DNA of 64,000 bases from Pseudomonadota bacterium (GTDB lineage Bacteria > Desulfobacterota > S145-22), in the NCBI GenBank assembly GCA_015493505.1, contig WGDA01000005.1:8525-72524 (forward strand), written 5' to 3'. Both the position numbers and the translations under genes were made by a program. Every line of letters starts with the position of its first letter. The stretch's first letter is position 1. Under the pieces are notes generated by a model. It made no database searches. It saw nothing but the letters and a program-made list of their open reading frames with translations, and was not told where the DNA came from. Shown piece by piece: positions 38,758 through 49,330 of this stretch.

Positions 38758-39932
38758 ATGGACCCTCTTTCCCAGGATGGTTTAAACAACTCAATATCCG
38801 GCTCTCCCCCTTCACTACCCGATTTGTGCTCTTCAAAAGGTTCCCACGTCATATCGCTGCTGACCATGATTCCTTTGACGCGCAGCGCGAAGTCATCGGG
38901 GTTCGTGCTGTTGGTCAGCGCTGTTTCGTAGGTAATCATCTTCCGTTGCAGGAGGTCCATCAGGGACTGGTCAAAGGTCTGCATGCCATAGGTGTGGTAC
39001 CCCTTGGAGATGGCCTCTTCGATTTCCCGGGTGCGGTCACGGTCGATGATACATTCCCGGATATGCGCCGTTGAGACCAGCACCTCCACCGCCGGCACGC
39101 GGCCCTTTCCGTCCGCCATGGGGATCAGCCTCTGTGAGATAACCCCTTTGAGGATGGAGGCAAGCTGAAGGCGTATCTGTTTCTGCTGAAACGGGGGATA
39201 CATGGAAACGATGCGCGTGACCGTCTCCATGGCGTCTGTTGTGTGAAGGGTGGAGAGTACGAGATGCCCCGTTTCCGCCGCAGTCATGGCGATATTGATG
39301 GTCTCGAAATCCCGCATTTCACCCACCAGGATGACGTCTGGGTCCTGGCGCACGGCGCTCCGCAAGGCGTTGACAAACGAGTCCGTATCCACGCCGATCT
39401 CCCGCTGGTCAATGATGCACTTCTTGTCTCTATGGAGGAATTCGATGGGGTCTTCTATAGTAATGATATGGAGGTTGCGCCTGTTGTTAATCAGGTCGAT
39501 CATGGCCGCCAGGGTAGTCGATTTACCGCTCCCTGTGGTCCCGGTCACCAGCACCAGCCCGCGAGGCTCCATCGCGATTTTTTCCAGCACAGGTGGCAGG
39601 TTCAGCTCCTCAATCGTCTGAATTTTATAGGGAATTGCTCGGATGGAAATCCCCAGGGTTCCCCGCTGCTTGAAGATGTTGATCCTGAACCGGCCCAGCC
39701 CGGGCACGCCATAACCGATGTCCACGTCCTGCAGTTTCGCCAGCCTCTCGCGATGAATATCCGCCATCAACTTTTGGGCAAAGTGGTCTACGTCCTCCTG
39801 CCTGAAAGGTGACACAGAGGCTACCGACCTCAGTTTCCCATTGATCCTCAGGATGGGCGGCAGCCCAACCTTGACGTGAATGTCACTCGCGCCTTTTTTG
39901 ATGGCAAGCCTCAGAATATCTTCAATCTCCAT
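38754..39932 (-). CDS. pilT: Type IV pilus retraction (twitching motility) ATPase PilT.
   Basis: It has Walker [10 protein letters not shown], Asp box, and the PilT sequence [16 protein letters not shown]. Confidence 0.9.
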   Translation of the reverse strand: MEIEDILRLAIKKGASDIHVKVGLPPILRINGKLRSVASVSPFRQEDVDHFAQKLMADIHRERLAKLQDVDIGYGVPGLGRFRINIFKQRGTLGISIRAIPYKIQTIEELNLPPVLEKIAMEPRGLVLVTGTTGSGKSTTLAAMIDLINNRRNLHIITIEDPIEFLHRDKKCIIDQREIGVDTDSFVNALRSAVRQDPDVILVGEMRDFETINIAMTAAETGHLVLSTLHTTDAMETVTRIVSMYPPFQQKQIRLQLASILKGVISQRLIPMADGKGRVPAVEVLVSTAHIRECIIDRDRTREIEEAISKGYHTYGMQTFDQSLMDLLQRKMITYETALTNSTNPDDFALRVKGIMVSSDMTWEPFEEHKSGSEGGEPDIELFKPSWERGSI

Positions 39933-40962
39933 CCTTCACTCCTTCGGGAAGAAGCCCCTCGGCCGTTAGCACTTTCTGGCGGATCTCCTCCAGAACGTCC
40001 CGGTTTTCCTCCAGAAAGGTTCTGGCATTGTCCCGTCCCTGTCCCAGTCGGATATCCCCGTAGGAAAACCACGTTCCGCTCTTCTCCACGATATCCTTCT
40101 CGACCGCCAGGTCCAGTAACTCTCCTTCCCTCGATATCCCTTTTCCATAAAGGATGTCAAATTCCGCTTCCCGGAAGGGAGGAGCCAGCTTGTTTTTCAC
40201 AACTCGTACCCGCGCCCGGACCCCCAGGGCCTTGTCCGCTTTCTTGATGCGGCCAATTCCCCGGATATCCAGCCGCACGGAAGAGTAAAACTTCAAGGCG
40301 TTTCCGCCCGTCGTTGTTTCCGGGTTTCCAAACATGACGCCAATCTTCATGCGTATCTGGTTGATGAAAATCACAACCGTATCCGACTTTCCGGTAATCG
40401 CGGTCAGTTTTCTCAACGCCTGGGACATAAGCCGCGCCTGGAGCCCCATGTGCGCGTCTCCCATATCCCCCTCCAGTTCAGCCCTGGGGACAAGGGCGGC
40501 GACAGAGTCCACCACGATCACATCCACGGCCCCGCTCCGAACCAGGATCTCCGTTATCTCGAGAGCCTGTTCACCAGAATCCGGCTGTGAAAGCAGGAGC
40601 TCATCCGTGTTGACGCCCAAGCGTTTGGCGTAGGTCAGGTCCAGGGCGTGCTCCGCGTCCACGAATGCCGCCACGCCACCATCCTTCTGTGCCTCCGCGA
40701 CGATATGAAGGGCGAGGGTCGTCTTGCCTGACGCCTCCGGCCCATAGATTTCGACGATTCTGCCGCGAGGAACCCCTCCAACCCCCAGCGCCAGATCAAG
40801 TCCCAGCGAGCCCGTTGAAATGGCCTGAATTCCCTGGGGGGCGACCCCTTCACCCAGGCGCATGATCGAACCCTTTCCAAACTGCTTTTCTATCTGGGTG
40901 ATGGCCAGGCTGATCGCCTTCTGTTTCGCTTCCATCGGTTCTGTCATTTTAGACTCCTTCAA
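39922..40962 (-). CDS. recA: Recombinase RecA.
   Basis: It has [10 protein letters not shown] and the RecA signature. The exact start is one of three Met codons near 40962-40935. Confidence 0.95.
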   Translation of the reverse strand: MKESKMTEPMEAKQKAISLAITQIEKQFGKGSIMRLGEGVAPQGIQAISTGSLGLDLALGVGGVPRGRIVEIYGPEASGKTTLALHIVAEAQKDGGVAAFVDAEHALDLTYAKRLGVNTDELLLSQPDSGEQALEITEILVRSGAVDVIVVDSVAALVPRAELEGDMGDAHMGLQARLMSQALRKLTAITGKSDTVVIFINQIRMKIGVMFGNPETTTGGNALKFYSSVRLDIRGIGRIKKADKALGVRARVRVVKNKLAPPFREAEFDILYGKGISREGELLDLAVEKDIVEKSGTWFSYGDIRLGQGRDNARTFLEENRDVLEEIRQKVLTAEGLLPEGVKDGD

Positions 40963-41530
40963 GAGGAAAATGTTTAAGAGGCTGATACCGAGCGCCGTCA
41001 GGTGCCAGAATACTTTGAAACAAAACCAGCTCGTTTACCTTGAAATGCGGGCCCGGCGGCAGGTTTTGGAAACCTTCCCACGCCATTCGCAGGGATTTTC
41101 GAACCCTTCCCATCGTGATATGCGCTGAAAAGGGCCGTTTTTCCACGGGAAACCCCGCCTGAGCGAGAGCCTGTTCCAGGGACGCGTGCAACCTTTTCAG
41201 CGGTTTTGTTTCCCCTTCCTCCTCAACACCGGTCCAAAGGACACGGGGCGCCCTGAGGCTGGGGAAGGCGCCGACACCTTTGACTCTCAGCTCGAACGGA
41301 GAAACCTCCGCCGCCACGGGTCCAACAATATCACCGATTTTTTCCACGGATTCGGTGGGTATCTGCCCAAAAAAATGCAGCGTGACGTGAAGACCTTCAC
41401 GCTTGACCCACCGGACCGCGCCTTTCGCGACACGCGCCATCTCCTGCCTTCTCTGTTCAATCCAGTCCTTGGAGTCCTCAGGAATCTCGAGGGCCAGAAA
41501 GGCACGAATCATATCCATTCCCCGCTTCAT
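40949..41530 (-). CDS. thpR: RNA 2',3'-cyclic phosphodiesterase ThpR (LigT, 2H phosphoesterase).
   Basis: It has two H-x-T-x motifs (HVTLHF and HITMGR). The start is probably [11 protein letters not shown] at 41512. Confidence 0.8.
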   Translation of the reverse strand: MKRGMDMIRAFLALEIPEDSKDWIEQRRQEMARVAKGAVRWVKREGLHVTLHFFGQIPTESVEKIGDIVGPVAAEVSPFELRVKGVGAFPSLRAPRVLWTGVEEEGETKPLKRLHASLEQALAQAGFPVEKRPFSAHITMGRVRKSLRMAWEGFQNLPPGPHFKVNELVLFQSILAPDGARYQPLKHFPLEGV

Positions 41531-41578
41531 CGTTTAGAACCTGCCCAGTTATGCTAACATATCGACTTAAAATGTCAA

Positions 41579-42172
41579 TTAAACAGTACCTTTTTTACGA
41601 ATCCACCGGCGCGCGTCGCGAACCACCTTCCGCCACGCAGGCTTCAGGAGGTTCAGCCCATCCCTTCTGGACATGGCCCACGCGAAGAAGGGGAAGGTAA
41701 GCACCACCTCAAGACATAACGCGGCAAGGTTGTGCCAGGAAAAGAGAATATGAAAACGCGTTCCCCGGTTCATGTTAAGAAACACCCAGAACGGGAAACG
41801 GACCGTATGATGGCTGAAGGGCCAGAAAAGGGGCAGGCCATATGGCGCGACGGTGTCCCGTGTCATCATATCCAGGAAGAGATGCGAAAATGGGACAGCC
41901 AAAAAGGGCCAGCATGCCGCTCTGTGGCCCTTGAAAAAGGCAGGGTAGAGAAGATACGCCACCACCGCCAGGGAAACCGCGAACAAAAGGCTGTGTGATA
42001 ATCCATGATGGAACCGGCTGGGGGCGCCAATCAGGATACCAGGAATAAAATCCAGGTCGGCAAAATTCCCCATGACGACCCAAAATCCTACCCATTTGAC
42101 CCACGGTTCCTTTTCAGGCTTGGGAGCCACGAGGGCCATTGAAACAAGACTGTGAGCGACAGGGGATGGCAT
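41579..42172 (-). CDS. ydjM: Membrane-bound metal-dependent hydrolase, YdjM/DUF457 family.
   Basis: It is a His-rich multi-TM protein of the YdjM family with the RBS GGAGG. It lies upstream of thpR-recA. Confidence 0.6.
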   Translation of the reverse strand: MPSPVAHSLVSMALVAPKPEKEPWVKWVGFWVVMGNFADLDFIPGILIGAPSRFHHGLSHSLLFAVSLAVVAYLLYPAFFKGHRAACWPFLAVPFSHLFLDMMTRDTVAPYGLPLFWPFSHHTVRFPFWVFLNMNRGTRFHILFSWHNLAALCLEVVLTFPFFAWAMSRRDGLNLLKPAWRKVVRDARRWIRKKGTV

Positions 42173-42242
42173 ACCAATTCCTCCACCGGCATCATAACAG
42201 GGCCAGGTCCCTGGTTCAATATTCCTGGCGTTACAGCTGAAC

Positions 42243-42269
42243 TTGACTTGCCCATGGAACTTGTATAAA
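42243..42269 (+). promoter_or_regulatory. Sigma70-like promoter TTGACT-N15-TATAAA for zapB-zapA.
   Basis: It was read directly in the divergent region between ydjM and zapB. Confidence 0.4.
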
Positions 42270-42293
42270 CTTCATTGTGAAAAGAGACAGGAT

Positions 42294-42521
42294 GTGAAAT
42301 TGGACCATTTTGAGCGATTAGAAAAGGAGGTTGACCGTTTAATCAGTGCTTACGCGAAGTTGAAAGATGAGGTGAATTCCATCCGCGAGGCCTCACGGGA
42401 CAGAAGCAGTGAAGTGATGGCGTTACAGCGTCGCGTCAGCAAACTTGAACAGGACAGGCGTTTAGCACTGGAGAAAATTAACCAGTTGTTGGAGCAACTT
42501 AACCAGATTGACCTTGGATAG
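42294..42521 (+). CDS. zapB: Cell division protein ZapB-like coiled-coil protein.
   Basis: It is about 75 aa and all coiled coil (DHFERLEKEVDRLISAYAKLKDE...), immediately upstream of zapA. The start is the GTG at 42294 or the TTG at 42300. Confidence 0.55.
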   Translation: MKLDHFERLEKEVDRLISAYAKLKDEVNSIREASRDRSSEVMALQRRVSKLEQDRRLALEKINQLLEQLNQIDLG

Positions 42522-42525
42522 TCAG

Positions 42526-42816
42526 ATGGCCGCGACAAAAGATGAACCGATCAAAGTTTACATCCTGGGTCAGGAATATATTGTCAGGAGCGAGGAAGGA
42601 GAAGACTATGTGCAAAAGGTGGCATCGTATGTAAACGAACAGATTGAAACCATCATTGAAACAACGAAAACCGTAACAACTTTCAAAGTCGCGATCCTCG
42701 CTGCCATGAGAATCGCGGATGAATATTTTAAAGAAATGGAGAAAAACAAGAGGTTAGTAGATTTTGTGGAGAATCGTTCGAAAAGTCTTTTGAAAAAAAT
42801 AGAAAGGCAGGTATGA
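42526..42816 (+). CDS. zapA: Cell division protein ZapA.
   Basis: It has the ZapA N-terminal block KVYILGQEYIVRSEE. Confidence 0.75.
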   Translation: MAATKDEPIKVYILGQEYIVRSEEGEDYVQKVASYVNEQIETIIETTKTVTTFKVAILAAMRIADEYFKEMEKNKRLVDFVENRSKSLLKKIERQV

Positions 42817-43150
42817 AAATGTTCCCCTGCTTTGTGCGTGAATGTCGACATTTTTTGAGCCAACAGCCAAAAAACGGAAGGATCCTCTACCTGTTGTGTG
42901 CATGCCTCACGCGAGGAAGCCTAATACAGGCATCGATCCGTCCACCTGCGAGAGCAGGTTCAAACTTGTCGGCCACACGGCAAAAGCGGGGGAATATTTT
43001 GGATATGATATGATCAGAAAGGGGAACGGGCGGCGGTCTATTAAAGAAGTGCAAACGCGCCAATCCACGCGCGAAGGAATCGTGAGGGGGGTATACACCA
43101 CACCTCAAACGGCCCCCGAGAAAAATCACTGCGCTGTTCCCGGCCTTTCA

Positions 43151-43183
43151 CGGTGGCGCGCCACCGCGTGATACATCTTTTCT
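43151..43183 (+). terminator. Palindromic GC stem (CGGTGG-CGCG-CCACCG) followed by a U-rich stretch. It is a probable intrinsic terminator closing the zapA-downstream non-coding region.
   Basis: It was read directly. The U tract is short and displaced, so the call is moderate to weak. Confidence 0.35.
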
Positions 43184-43250
43184 CCCTGAATCTACCTTTT
43201 CCTCTTGACCCGATAAACGCCTAAAACGCGTCTCGGGGAAGGGAGGGCGT

Positions 43251-44822
43251 ATGATACATCTCAGTGTGTTTTTCGTGACCGTTTTTACTCTGGTATTTAC
43301 CGTGCTTGGGGTCGTCGCGGGATTTTTCATCCGGAAAAAGATTGTCGAAGGAAAAATCAAATCCGCGGAACAGCTCTCAAAAAAGATTATCGAGGAAGCG
43401 GAAAAGAAGGCGGAGCTTCTCAAGAAAGAAGCCCTGATCCAGGCGAAGGACCACCTGTATCAGTCAAAAGCCGAGATTGAGAAAGAAAGCCGTAAAAAGA
43501 TGAAGGAGCTCCAGTCTCTGGAGAGTTCCTTGCTCCAGCGGGAGGCTGCCCTGGACAAACGGGATGAAGCCCTGCTGGAGAAAGAAGAGAAGCTGACGAA
43601 GAGCCGGGAAGAACTGGAAGAAAAAACGCTGCAAGTTACGGAGATGAAAGAGGAACTCCAAAAGCAGATTTTGATGGAGCGGGAGAGGCTTGAAAACATC
43701 GCGGGGCTGTCCGCTGAACAGGCGAAAAAGATGCTGATGGCGTCTCTGGAGGAAGAGGCCAAACATGAAGCGGCCAAGCGTATCCGGCAGATTGAGGAGA
43801 CGGCGAAACTGGAGGCGGACAAGCGGGCGAAAGAGATTATCAGCATCGCCATCGGGCGTTTCGCGAGCGAGTACGTCAGTGAAAAAACCGTTACCGTTGT
43901 GAACCTGCCCAGTGACGACATGAAAGGCAGGATCATCGGCCGGGAGGGGAGAAACATTCGCGCCATCGAGGCGGCAACCGGCGTGGACCTGATTGTGGAT
44001 GATACCCCGGAGGCGGTTATCCTTTCCGGGTTCAACCCCATCCGCCGCGAAATCGCCAGGATCACCCTGGAAAAACTCATCAAGGACGGACGGATCCACC
44101 CAGCGAGGATAGAAGAGGTGGCCACCCGTTCGGAGGAAGAGGTGGAGGCCACCATCAAGGAAGCGGGGGAACAGGCCACCTTTGACCTTGGCATCCATGG
44201 GCTGCACCCTCAGCTGATCCGGTTGCTCGGGAGCCTCAAGTTCAGGACGAGTTACGCCCAGAACGTCTATCAGCACTCTATCGAGGTAGCTTTTCTGTGT
44301 GGCCTAATGGCGTCAGAGCTGGGGCTTGACACAAAACTGGCGCGCCGTGCTGGGCTTCTGCACGACATCGGCAAGGCCATTGACCACGAGGTAGAGGGGT
44401 CCCACGCGAAAATTGGCGCCGACCTCGCGAGAAAATACGGTGAAAAACCCGAGATCGTGAACGCCATCGCCTCGCATCACAACGAAGAAAAACCCCAGAC
44501 TATTCTGGACCACCTTGTTCAGGCGGCCGATGCCCTTTCAGGCGCTCGTCCCGGCGCAAGGCTCGAGCTCTTCGAGAGCTATGTGCGACGTCTCGAGGAC
44601 CTGGAAAACATCGCCAAAGGCTTCAAAGGGGTGGAGAAGGCTTACGCGATCCAGGCTGGACGGGAATTGCGGGTCATGGTCAAAAGCAACGACGTGGACG
44701 ATGACCGCGCGACGATTCTCTGCAACGACATCGCCAAGCAGATAGAAAAGAAGCTTACCTATCCCGGCCAGATAAAGGTTACTGTCATCCGGGAACTTCG
44801 TTCGGTTAGCTATGCGAAATAA
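43251..44822 (+). CDS. rny: Ribonuclease Y.
   Basis: It has an N-terminal TM helix, a coiled coil, a KH domain ([16 protein letters not shown]) and an HD domain (LLHDIGKA). Confidence 0.95.
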   Translation: MIHLSVFFVTVFTLVFTVLGVVAGFFIRKKIVEGKIKSAEQLSKKIIEEAEKKAELLKKEALIQAKDHLYQSKAEIEKESRKKMKELQSLESSLLQREAALDKRDEALLEKEEKLTKSREELEEKTLQVTEMKEELQKQILMERERLENIAGLSAEQAKKMLMASLEEEAKHEAAKRIRQIEETAKLEADKRAKEIISIAIGRFASEYVSEKTVTVVNLPSDDMKGRIIGREGRNIRAIEAATGVDLIVDDTPEAVILSGFNPIRREIARITLEKLIKDGRIHPARIEEVATRSEEEVEATIKEAGEQATFDLGIHGLHPQLIRLLGSLKFRTSYAQNVYQHSIEVAFLCGLMASELGLDTKLARRAGLLHDIGKAIDHEVEGSHAKIGADLARKYGEKPEIVNAIASHHNEEKPQTILDHLVQAADALSGARPGARLELFESYVRRLEDLENIAKGFKGVEKAYAIQAGRELRVMVKSNDVDDDRATILCNDIAKQIEKKLTYPGQIKVTVIRELRSVSYAK

Positions 44823-45603
44823 TGCCTCCCCCCTCCGTATTCTGTTTGTCGGTGATATTGTCGGACGTCCGGGCCGAAACGCACTAAAGGCGTGGTTGCC
44901 ATCCTGGAGGGAACGGCAGCATATCGATTTCGTCGTGGCCAATGGGGAAAACGCTGCCGGCGGCATGGGTGTCACCGTCAAGATATTTCACGAGCTCCTC
45001 GACGCCGGAATCGACGTCATGACTTCTGGAAACCATATTTGGAGCAAAAAAGAGATCTATCCCATCCTCGAATCGTCTGACCGGTTGCTGCGGCCAGCCA
45101 ATTACCCCGAGAATGTTCCGGGAAAGGGATGGGCGATTTTCCCCGTCAGGGGAGAAAAGATTTTGGTGGCCAACCTGGAAGGGCGGGTCTTCATGAAAAG
45201 CCTTGAATGCCCTTTCAGGACCGTAGACACGCTGCTTGAAACACATCAGCCGAAAATCGCCCTGATCGACTTTCACGCCGAAGCCACCTCCGAGAAGATC
45301 GCCCTCGGCTGGTATCTGGACGGACGGGTTTCCGCCGTCGTGGGTACCCATACCCATGTCCAGACCTCCGACGAAACCCTCCTCCCCCATGGAACCGCCT
45401 ATATGACAGATTTGGGCATGACGGGGCCCGTCAATTCCATCATCGGCATGAGAAGGGACGTGGTGCTTCAGCGTTTCCTTACCCAGATGCCCTCCAAATT
45501 TGAGGTGGCCTCCGGCAAATCAGCCATTTCAGGCGCAATCGTCGAGATTGATATCCATACCGGAAAAGCCGTAGCCATTGAGAGAGTTCAGGTTTTCCCC
45601 TAA
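44812..45603 (+). CDS. ymdB: YmdB-family metallophosphoesterase (2',3'-cyclic-nucleotide 2'-phosphodiesterase, TIGR00282).
   Basis: It has the motifs ILFVGDIVG and GNH and lies directly downstream of rny, as in the conserved rny-ymdB pair. Confidence 0.85.
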   Translation: MRNNASPLRILFVGDIVGRPGRNALKAWLPSWRERQHIDFVVANGENAAGGMGVTVKIFHELLDAGIDVMTSGNHIWSKKEIYPILESSDRLLRPANYPENVPGKGWAIFPVRGEKILVANLEGRVFMKSLECPFRTVDTLLETHQPKIALIDFHAEATSEKIALGWYLDGRVSAVVGTHTHVQTSDETLLPHGTAYMTDLGMTGPVNSIIGMRRDVVLQRFLTQMPSKFEVASGKSAISGAIVEIDIHTGKAVAIERVQVFP

Positions 45604-45630
45604 CCCTTGGCTGAAAAGGAGAAAAACGAC

Positions 45631-45969
45631 ATGAATGACAAGGTACTCGTCATCCTTTCATCAGGCGAAAGAGAAAAGGTTATCACGGGCCTCATGTACG
45701 CCACGAACGCGCTGAAATACTCCTGGATGGAAGAGGTCAAGGTTGTCCTCTTTGGCCCCAGCCAGCAGCTTTCACTAAAAGATAAGGAGATCCAGGGTTA
45801 CCTCGATGAGCTGGTCAGCGAACTGGGCGCTTCTCCTGCCACGTGCAAATACATCGCGGACCAGGAAGGTTTCTCCCGTGAGCTTGCCGACATGGGCCTG
45901 AACGTAGTGTACGTGGGCACGCTCATCTCGGACGCCATCAAGGAAGGTTTTGTCCCTCTTGTCTTCTGA
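45631..45969 (+). CDS. DsrE/DsrF-like family protein.
   Basis: It has the DsrE-like fold sequence KVLVILSSGEREK...FGPSQ. The ATG at 45631 is preceded by the RBS AAGGAG. The track's TTG start at 45607 is less likely. Confidence 0.55.
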   Translation: MNDKVLVILSSGEREKVITGLMYATNALKYSWMEEVKVVLFGPSQQLSLKDKEIQGYLDELVSELGASPATCKYIADQEGFSRELADMGLNVVYVGTLISDAIKEGFVPLVF

Positions 45970-46378
45970 CGGCAATCTTGATGCTCTCGCAAAAAGTCAG
46001 AATTAGAAGGCAAAGTAAAAAGCTTCACCTTCAAGGAGCGCAATTCCTGAGGAATGAGGCGACCTTGAAGGTCGCTGCAATGATTCACCTTGTTAAATCG
46101 GCTTTGCCGTCTCGCTTCGCGAGATTTAACAGGGCAGGGGATGCAGCGCGACGCCGAAATTGGACTTCCAAGGAAGTCATTTTGGCGAAACTGACATAAG
46201 GTGATAATATTGTTACACGTTCACCCAAACAACAAGAAACGTTCAATGTCAGCGGACTTCGTTACTGATAGACTGCCGAAAAACGGCATAAATTAGCTTT
46301 TTACGAAGCCGCCAATCTTCAATGAAGTAAAAAAGGTCACAAAAGGCGTGGCCGTATATCAAAATCGCCTTTAACCAG

Positions 46379-46407
46379 TTGACAGCACTACCAAATTTCG
46401 ATATAAA
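46379..46407 (+). promoter_or_regulatory. Near-consensus sigma70 promoter TTGACA-N17-TATAAA for the HDOD-GAF gene.
   Basis: It was read directly. It sits 34 bp upstream of the ATG at 46441, which has the RBS AAAGGA. Confidence 0.5.
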
Positions 46408-46440
46408 TAACCTACAATTGTAAAGTTGTAAAAGGATATC

Positions 46441-47958
46441 ATGCCACAAAACAACAGAACTCCCTCAAAAGTACTGGAAAAAATCAAAGACATTGGCGAT
46501 TTGCCGGTAATGACCGCGACCATCCGGCAGATTACTCACCTGGAAAAGCAGGAAACGTCATCGGCCGCCGACCTTGCCCAGGTTATCCTTAAAGATCTCG
46601 CCCTGACCACAAGGGTCCTGAAACTGGCCAATTCCGTCTATTACAACTGGAGCCAGAAGGAGATTACAACGGTATCCCGTGCCGTTGTGGTTCTGGGTTT
46701 TGAAACAGTGATCAACCTGTCCGTGGGGGTCAGCGTGCTCGACTATTTTTACAGAAGCCCCAGAAGCAAACATCTCCGCGCCCATCTCTTCGTCACCATG
46801 TTCGCCGCCATCTTTTCCAGGATTCTTGCTGAGCGTTTAGGGTTTAAAAATTTCGAGGAGGTTTTCATCCTCACGTTGCTTAACAATGTGGGCCTTTTGA
46901 TGACTGCCTATGGCCTTCCAGAGGAATTCGAGCAAATCCGTCAGATGGTCATCACGGGAGAAAAGGGGAAAAATACGGCGGCGAAAGAAATCTTGGGGAC
47001 GACATTTTCGGATCTCAATATCGAATTGACGCGGTTCTGGGGCTTTCCGCCCACACTCATCAGCGAACTGGAGCTTGTGAACCTTGGATCTCCGGGTATC
47101 ATCGTCACGAAAGACGATATATTGAGAAGCATAGTCGCCTGCGCGACCGAACTTTTTTATTCCCTGCACGCTCGCGAGGCCTTTTGGGTACCCCGGGATA
47201 CCAAACAAGTCATGAAACGCTACTTCCCAGCTCTGGAGATCCCGGAAGATCAGGGGAAAGCGCTCATTCGGCGGGCTATTCACGAGGGTAAAGAGTTTCT
47301 TGACGTCCTTCAGATGGAATTTTCGCCTAAAGAGTTTAACACCCTGGCGGAAGAGTTTGTGGCGGAATTTCCCGTCTCTGAAGAGAAAGCGATTGAGACT
47401 CCCGGCACTCTTCCATGGTGGAAGATGTCTCAACAGCAACGCGCCCAATTCATGAAAAACACGATGGCCGATATCGACAACAGCATCCAGGAAAACGTTT
47501 CCCCCAACGACGTGCTCATGATTGCCATGGAAGGTATCCTGAAGGGCGTGGGATTCGACCGTGTGATCCTTTTCCTGGTGGACCGAAAACAAAAGAAGTT
47601 GCGGGCGAAGGCGGGTATTGGGGACCCTCTCCCCGACGATATCGCGTCGCTCACCGTGGATATCCATGACAACGCCAATGACCATTTCAACATCTCTGTC
47701 AGGGAAATAAGGCCCTTTCTGGTGCCTTCGGTCAAACGCCCGCCTGACCGGGCGCTCGTAAACTGGGACCTTTTCAATCAACTGAAAGGGACCAGCTTTT
47801 GTCTTCTTCCCTTTTCATTCATGAGGAAAACAATCGGGCTTTTCTATGCGGACCGCGTGCGTTCGAACAAACCCGTTTCTGACAGTGAGTTCAAATCGCT
47901 TCTTCAATTCAAGGCCCTGATAGAAGCCGCCTTCCAGTTGCGAGCGAAAGGAAAATGA
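46441..47958 (+). CDS. HDOD domain signalling protein with a C-terminal GAF-like domain.
   Basis: It has an N-terminal HDOD pattern (VLKLANSVYY, GFETVINLSV, LLNNVGLL) and a C-terminal GAF-like region (GFDRVILFLVD...TIGLFYADR). Confidence 0.65.
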   Translation: MPQNNRTPSKVLEKIKDIGDLPVMTATIRQITHLEKQETSSAADLAQVILKDLALTTRVLKLANSVYYNWSQKEITTVSRAVVVLGFETVINLSVGVSVLDYFYRSPRSKHLRAHLFVTMFAAIFSRILAERLGFKNFEEVFILTLLNNVGLLMTAYGLPEEFEQIRQMVITGEKGKNTAAKEILGTTFSDLNIELTRFWGFPPTLISELELVNLGSPGIIVTKDDILRSIVACATELFYSLHAREAFWVPRDTKQVMKRYFPALEIPEDQGKALIRRAIHEGKEFLDVLQMEFSPKEFNTLAEEFVAEFPVSEEKAIETPGTLPWWKMSQQQRAQFMKNTMADIDNSIQENVSPNDVLMIAMEGILKGVGFDRVILFLVDRKQKKLRAKAGIGDPLPDDIASLTVDIHDNANDHFNISVREIRPFLVPSVKRPPDRALVNWDLFNQLKGTSFCLLPFSFMRKTIGLFYADRVRSNKPVSDSEFKSLLQFKALIEAAFQLRAKGK

Positions 47959-47977
47959 TAAAAGGAACTGAGAAACC

Positions 47978-49312
47978 ATGGTAAAGCAGGCAAGAATCAT
48001 CCCCTTCAGGGGGCTTTGTTACAACCCGGAGAAGGTCCGATACGAGGATGTGGTTGCCCCTCCTTATGACGTTATCTCTTCCCGACAGGAAGGCGAGCTT
48101 TCCACGCGGTCTCCCTACAATATCGTCCGGCTCATCCTGAGCAAAGACTCGGAAGGGAAGGATCGCTACACCGTTGCCAGCGAACTTTTGCGTCGCTGGA
48201 TTCGCGAGAAAATTCTGGTTTTCGATGCCAAACCCGCCATCTATTTTTACCTGCAGGATTATGCCCTTGAGGATGGAACCCAGTTGACCAGAAAGGGTTT
48301 TATCGCTCTGTGCCGTCTGGAAGACTACACGTCGGGCAATATCGTGCCGCATGAAAAAACGCACCAGAAGCAGATCGACGACCGGCTTCGGCTTCTTCGG
48401 GCCTGCCGGGCAAACCTCAGCCCGATTCTTTCCCTCTACACGGACCCCAATTTGACGATCAACGAAACCTTTCTCGAAAAACGCCAGGAACTCCCCCTTC
48501 TCGACACCTCGGATCAGGACGGGGTTCGACACCGATTTTACCGCGTCACCGACCCCGAGGCCCTGGACCTGGCGGTTCGGGTCCTTTCGGAGAAAAAGCT
48601 CCTCATTGCCGACGGGCATCATCGTTACGCCACCGCCCTCGCATATAAAAAGGAGATGGAGAAACAGGCGGCACATCCCTCCGATCAGGCCCCATACCAG
48701 TATATCATGATGTATTTTACCAACACGAAAGACAAAGGACTAACCATTCTTCCCTCTCATCGCCTCATCCACAGCCTGCCGGACCTGAACGTGGACACCC
48801 TGATATCCCGAATCAGGGAAAGCTTCGAGGTTACGGAGTTCCCTTTCGACAGCCCCGAGGAAGAGAAACGCCAGAGAGAACGCTTCTTTTCAGCCCTCAA
48901 GGACACGCAAGGGAAACGCGTCGCCCTGGGGCTCTATCTTGAAAAACGCCACTGCTTCTGCCTCTTGACCCTCAAAGAGGCGGCGGAAAATGATCCGGTG
49001 CTTCAATCCATGCCCCACGCCATCAGGAGCATGGCCATCCCCATTTTCAACGAGCTCATCCTGAAGCGCATTCTCCATCTCGATTCGGATCAGAAACGGC
49101 AGGCGCATATCAATATCATCAAGAACAACCAGAAGGCGATTGACCTCATTCACTCCGGAAGGTTTCAGATGGCCTTTCTCTTCAACCCAAACACCCTTAA
49201 AGAGATTCACGATGTCATTTCGGAAAACCAGGTCATGCCGCAGAAATCCACCTTTTTTTACCCCAAACTCCTGACGGGGCTTGTTATATACAAACACGAC
49301 ATCCCCGATTGA
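47978..49312 (+). CDS. DUF1015 family protein.
   Basis: It is 444 aa, has the characteristic IADGHHRY motif and has DUF1015-like sequence throughout. Confidence 0.65.
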   Translation: MVKQARIIPFRGLCYNPEKVRYEDVVAPPYDVISSRQEGELSTRSPYNIVRLILSKDSEGKDRYTVASELLRRWIREKILVFDAKPAIYFYLQDYALEDGTQLTRKGFIALCRLEDYTSGNIVPHEKTHQKQIDDRLRLLRACRANLSPILSLYTDPNLTINETFLEKRQELPLLDTSDQDGVRHRFYRVTDPEALDLAVRVLSEKKLLIADGHHRYATALAYKKEMEKQAAHPSDQAPYQYIMMYFTNTKDKGLTILPSHRLIHSLPDLNVDTLISRIRESFEVTEFPFDSPEEEKRQRERFFSALKDTQGKRVALGLYLEKRHCFCLLTLKEAAENDPVLQSMPHAIRSMAIPIFNELILKRILHLDSDQKRQAHINIIKNNQKAIDLIHSGRFQMAFLFNPNTLKEIHDVISENQVMPQKSTFFYPKLLTGLVIYKHDIPD

Positions 49313-49330
49313 TCTGTTTCCCTCCCCCAT

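Noticed and set aside
42173-42293. Possible LexA (SOS) box upstream of ydjM-thpR-recA.
   Set aside because: A CCAGG-TC-CCTGG palindrome and a GGTTCAATATTCCTGG stretch are present. Neither fits the LexA consensus of E. coli or of Geobacter or Myxococcus as I recall them, so no SOS box is called.
42950-42970. GGTTCAAAC resembling a tRNA T-loop.
   Set aside because: The flanking sequence does not form acceptor, D or anticodon stems. No tRNA is called.
42813-43171. Short ORFs (66 and 109 aa) in the zapA-rny intergenic region.
   Set aside because: They have no Shine-Dalgarno sequence, overlap each other in different frames, and have odd composition. The region is more plausibly non-coding RNA or UTR.
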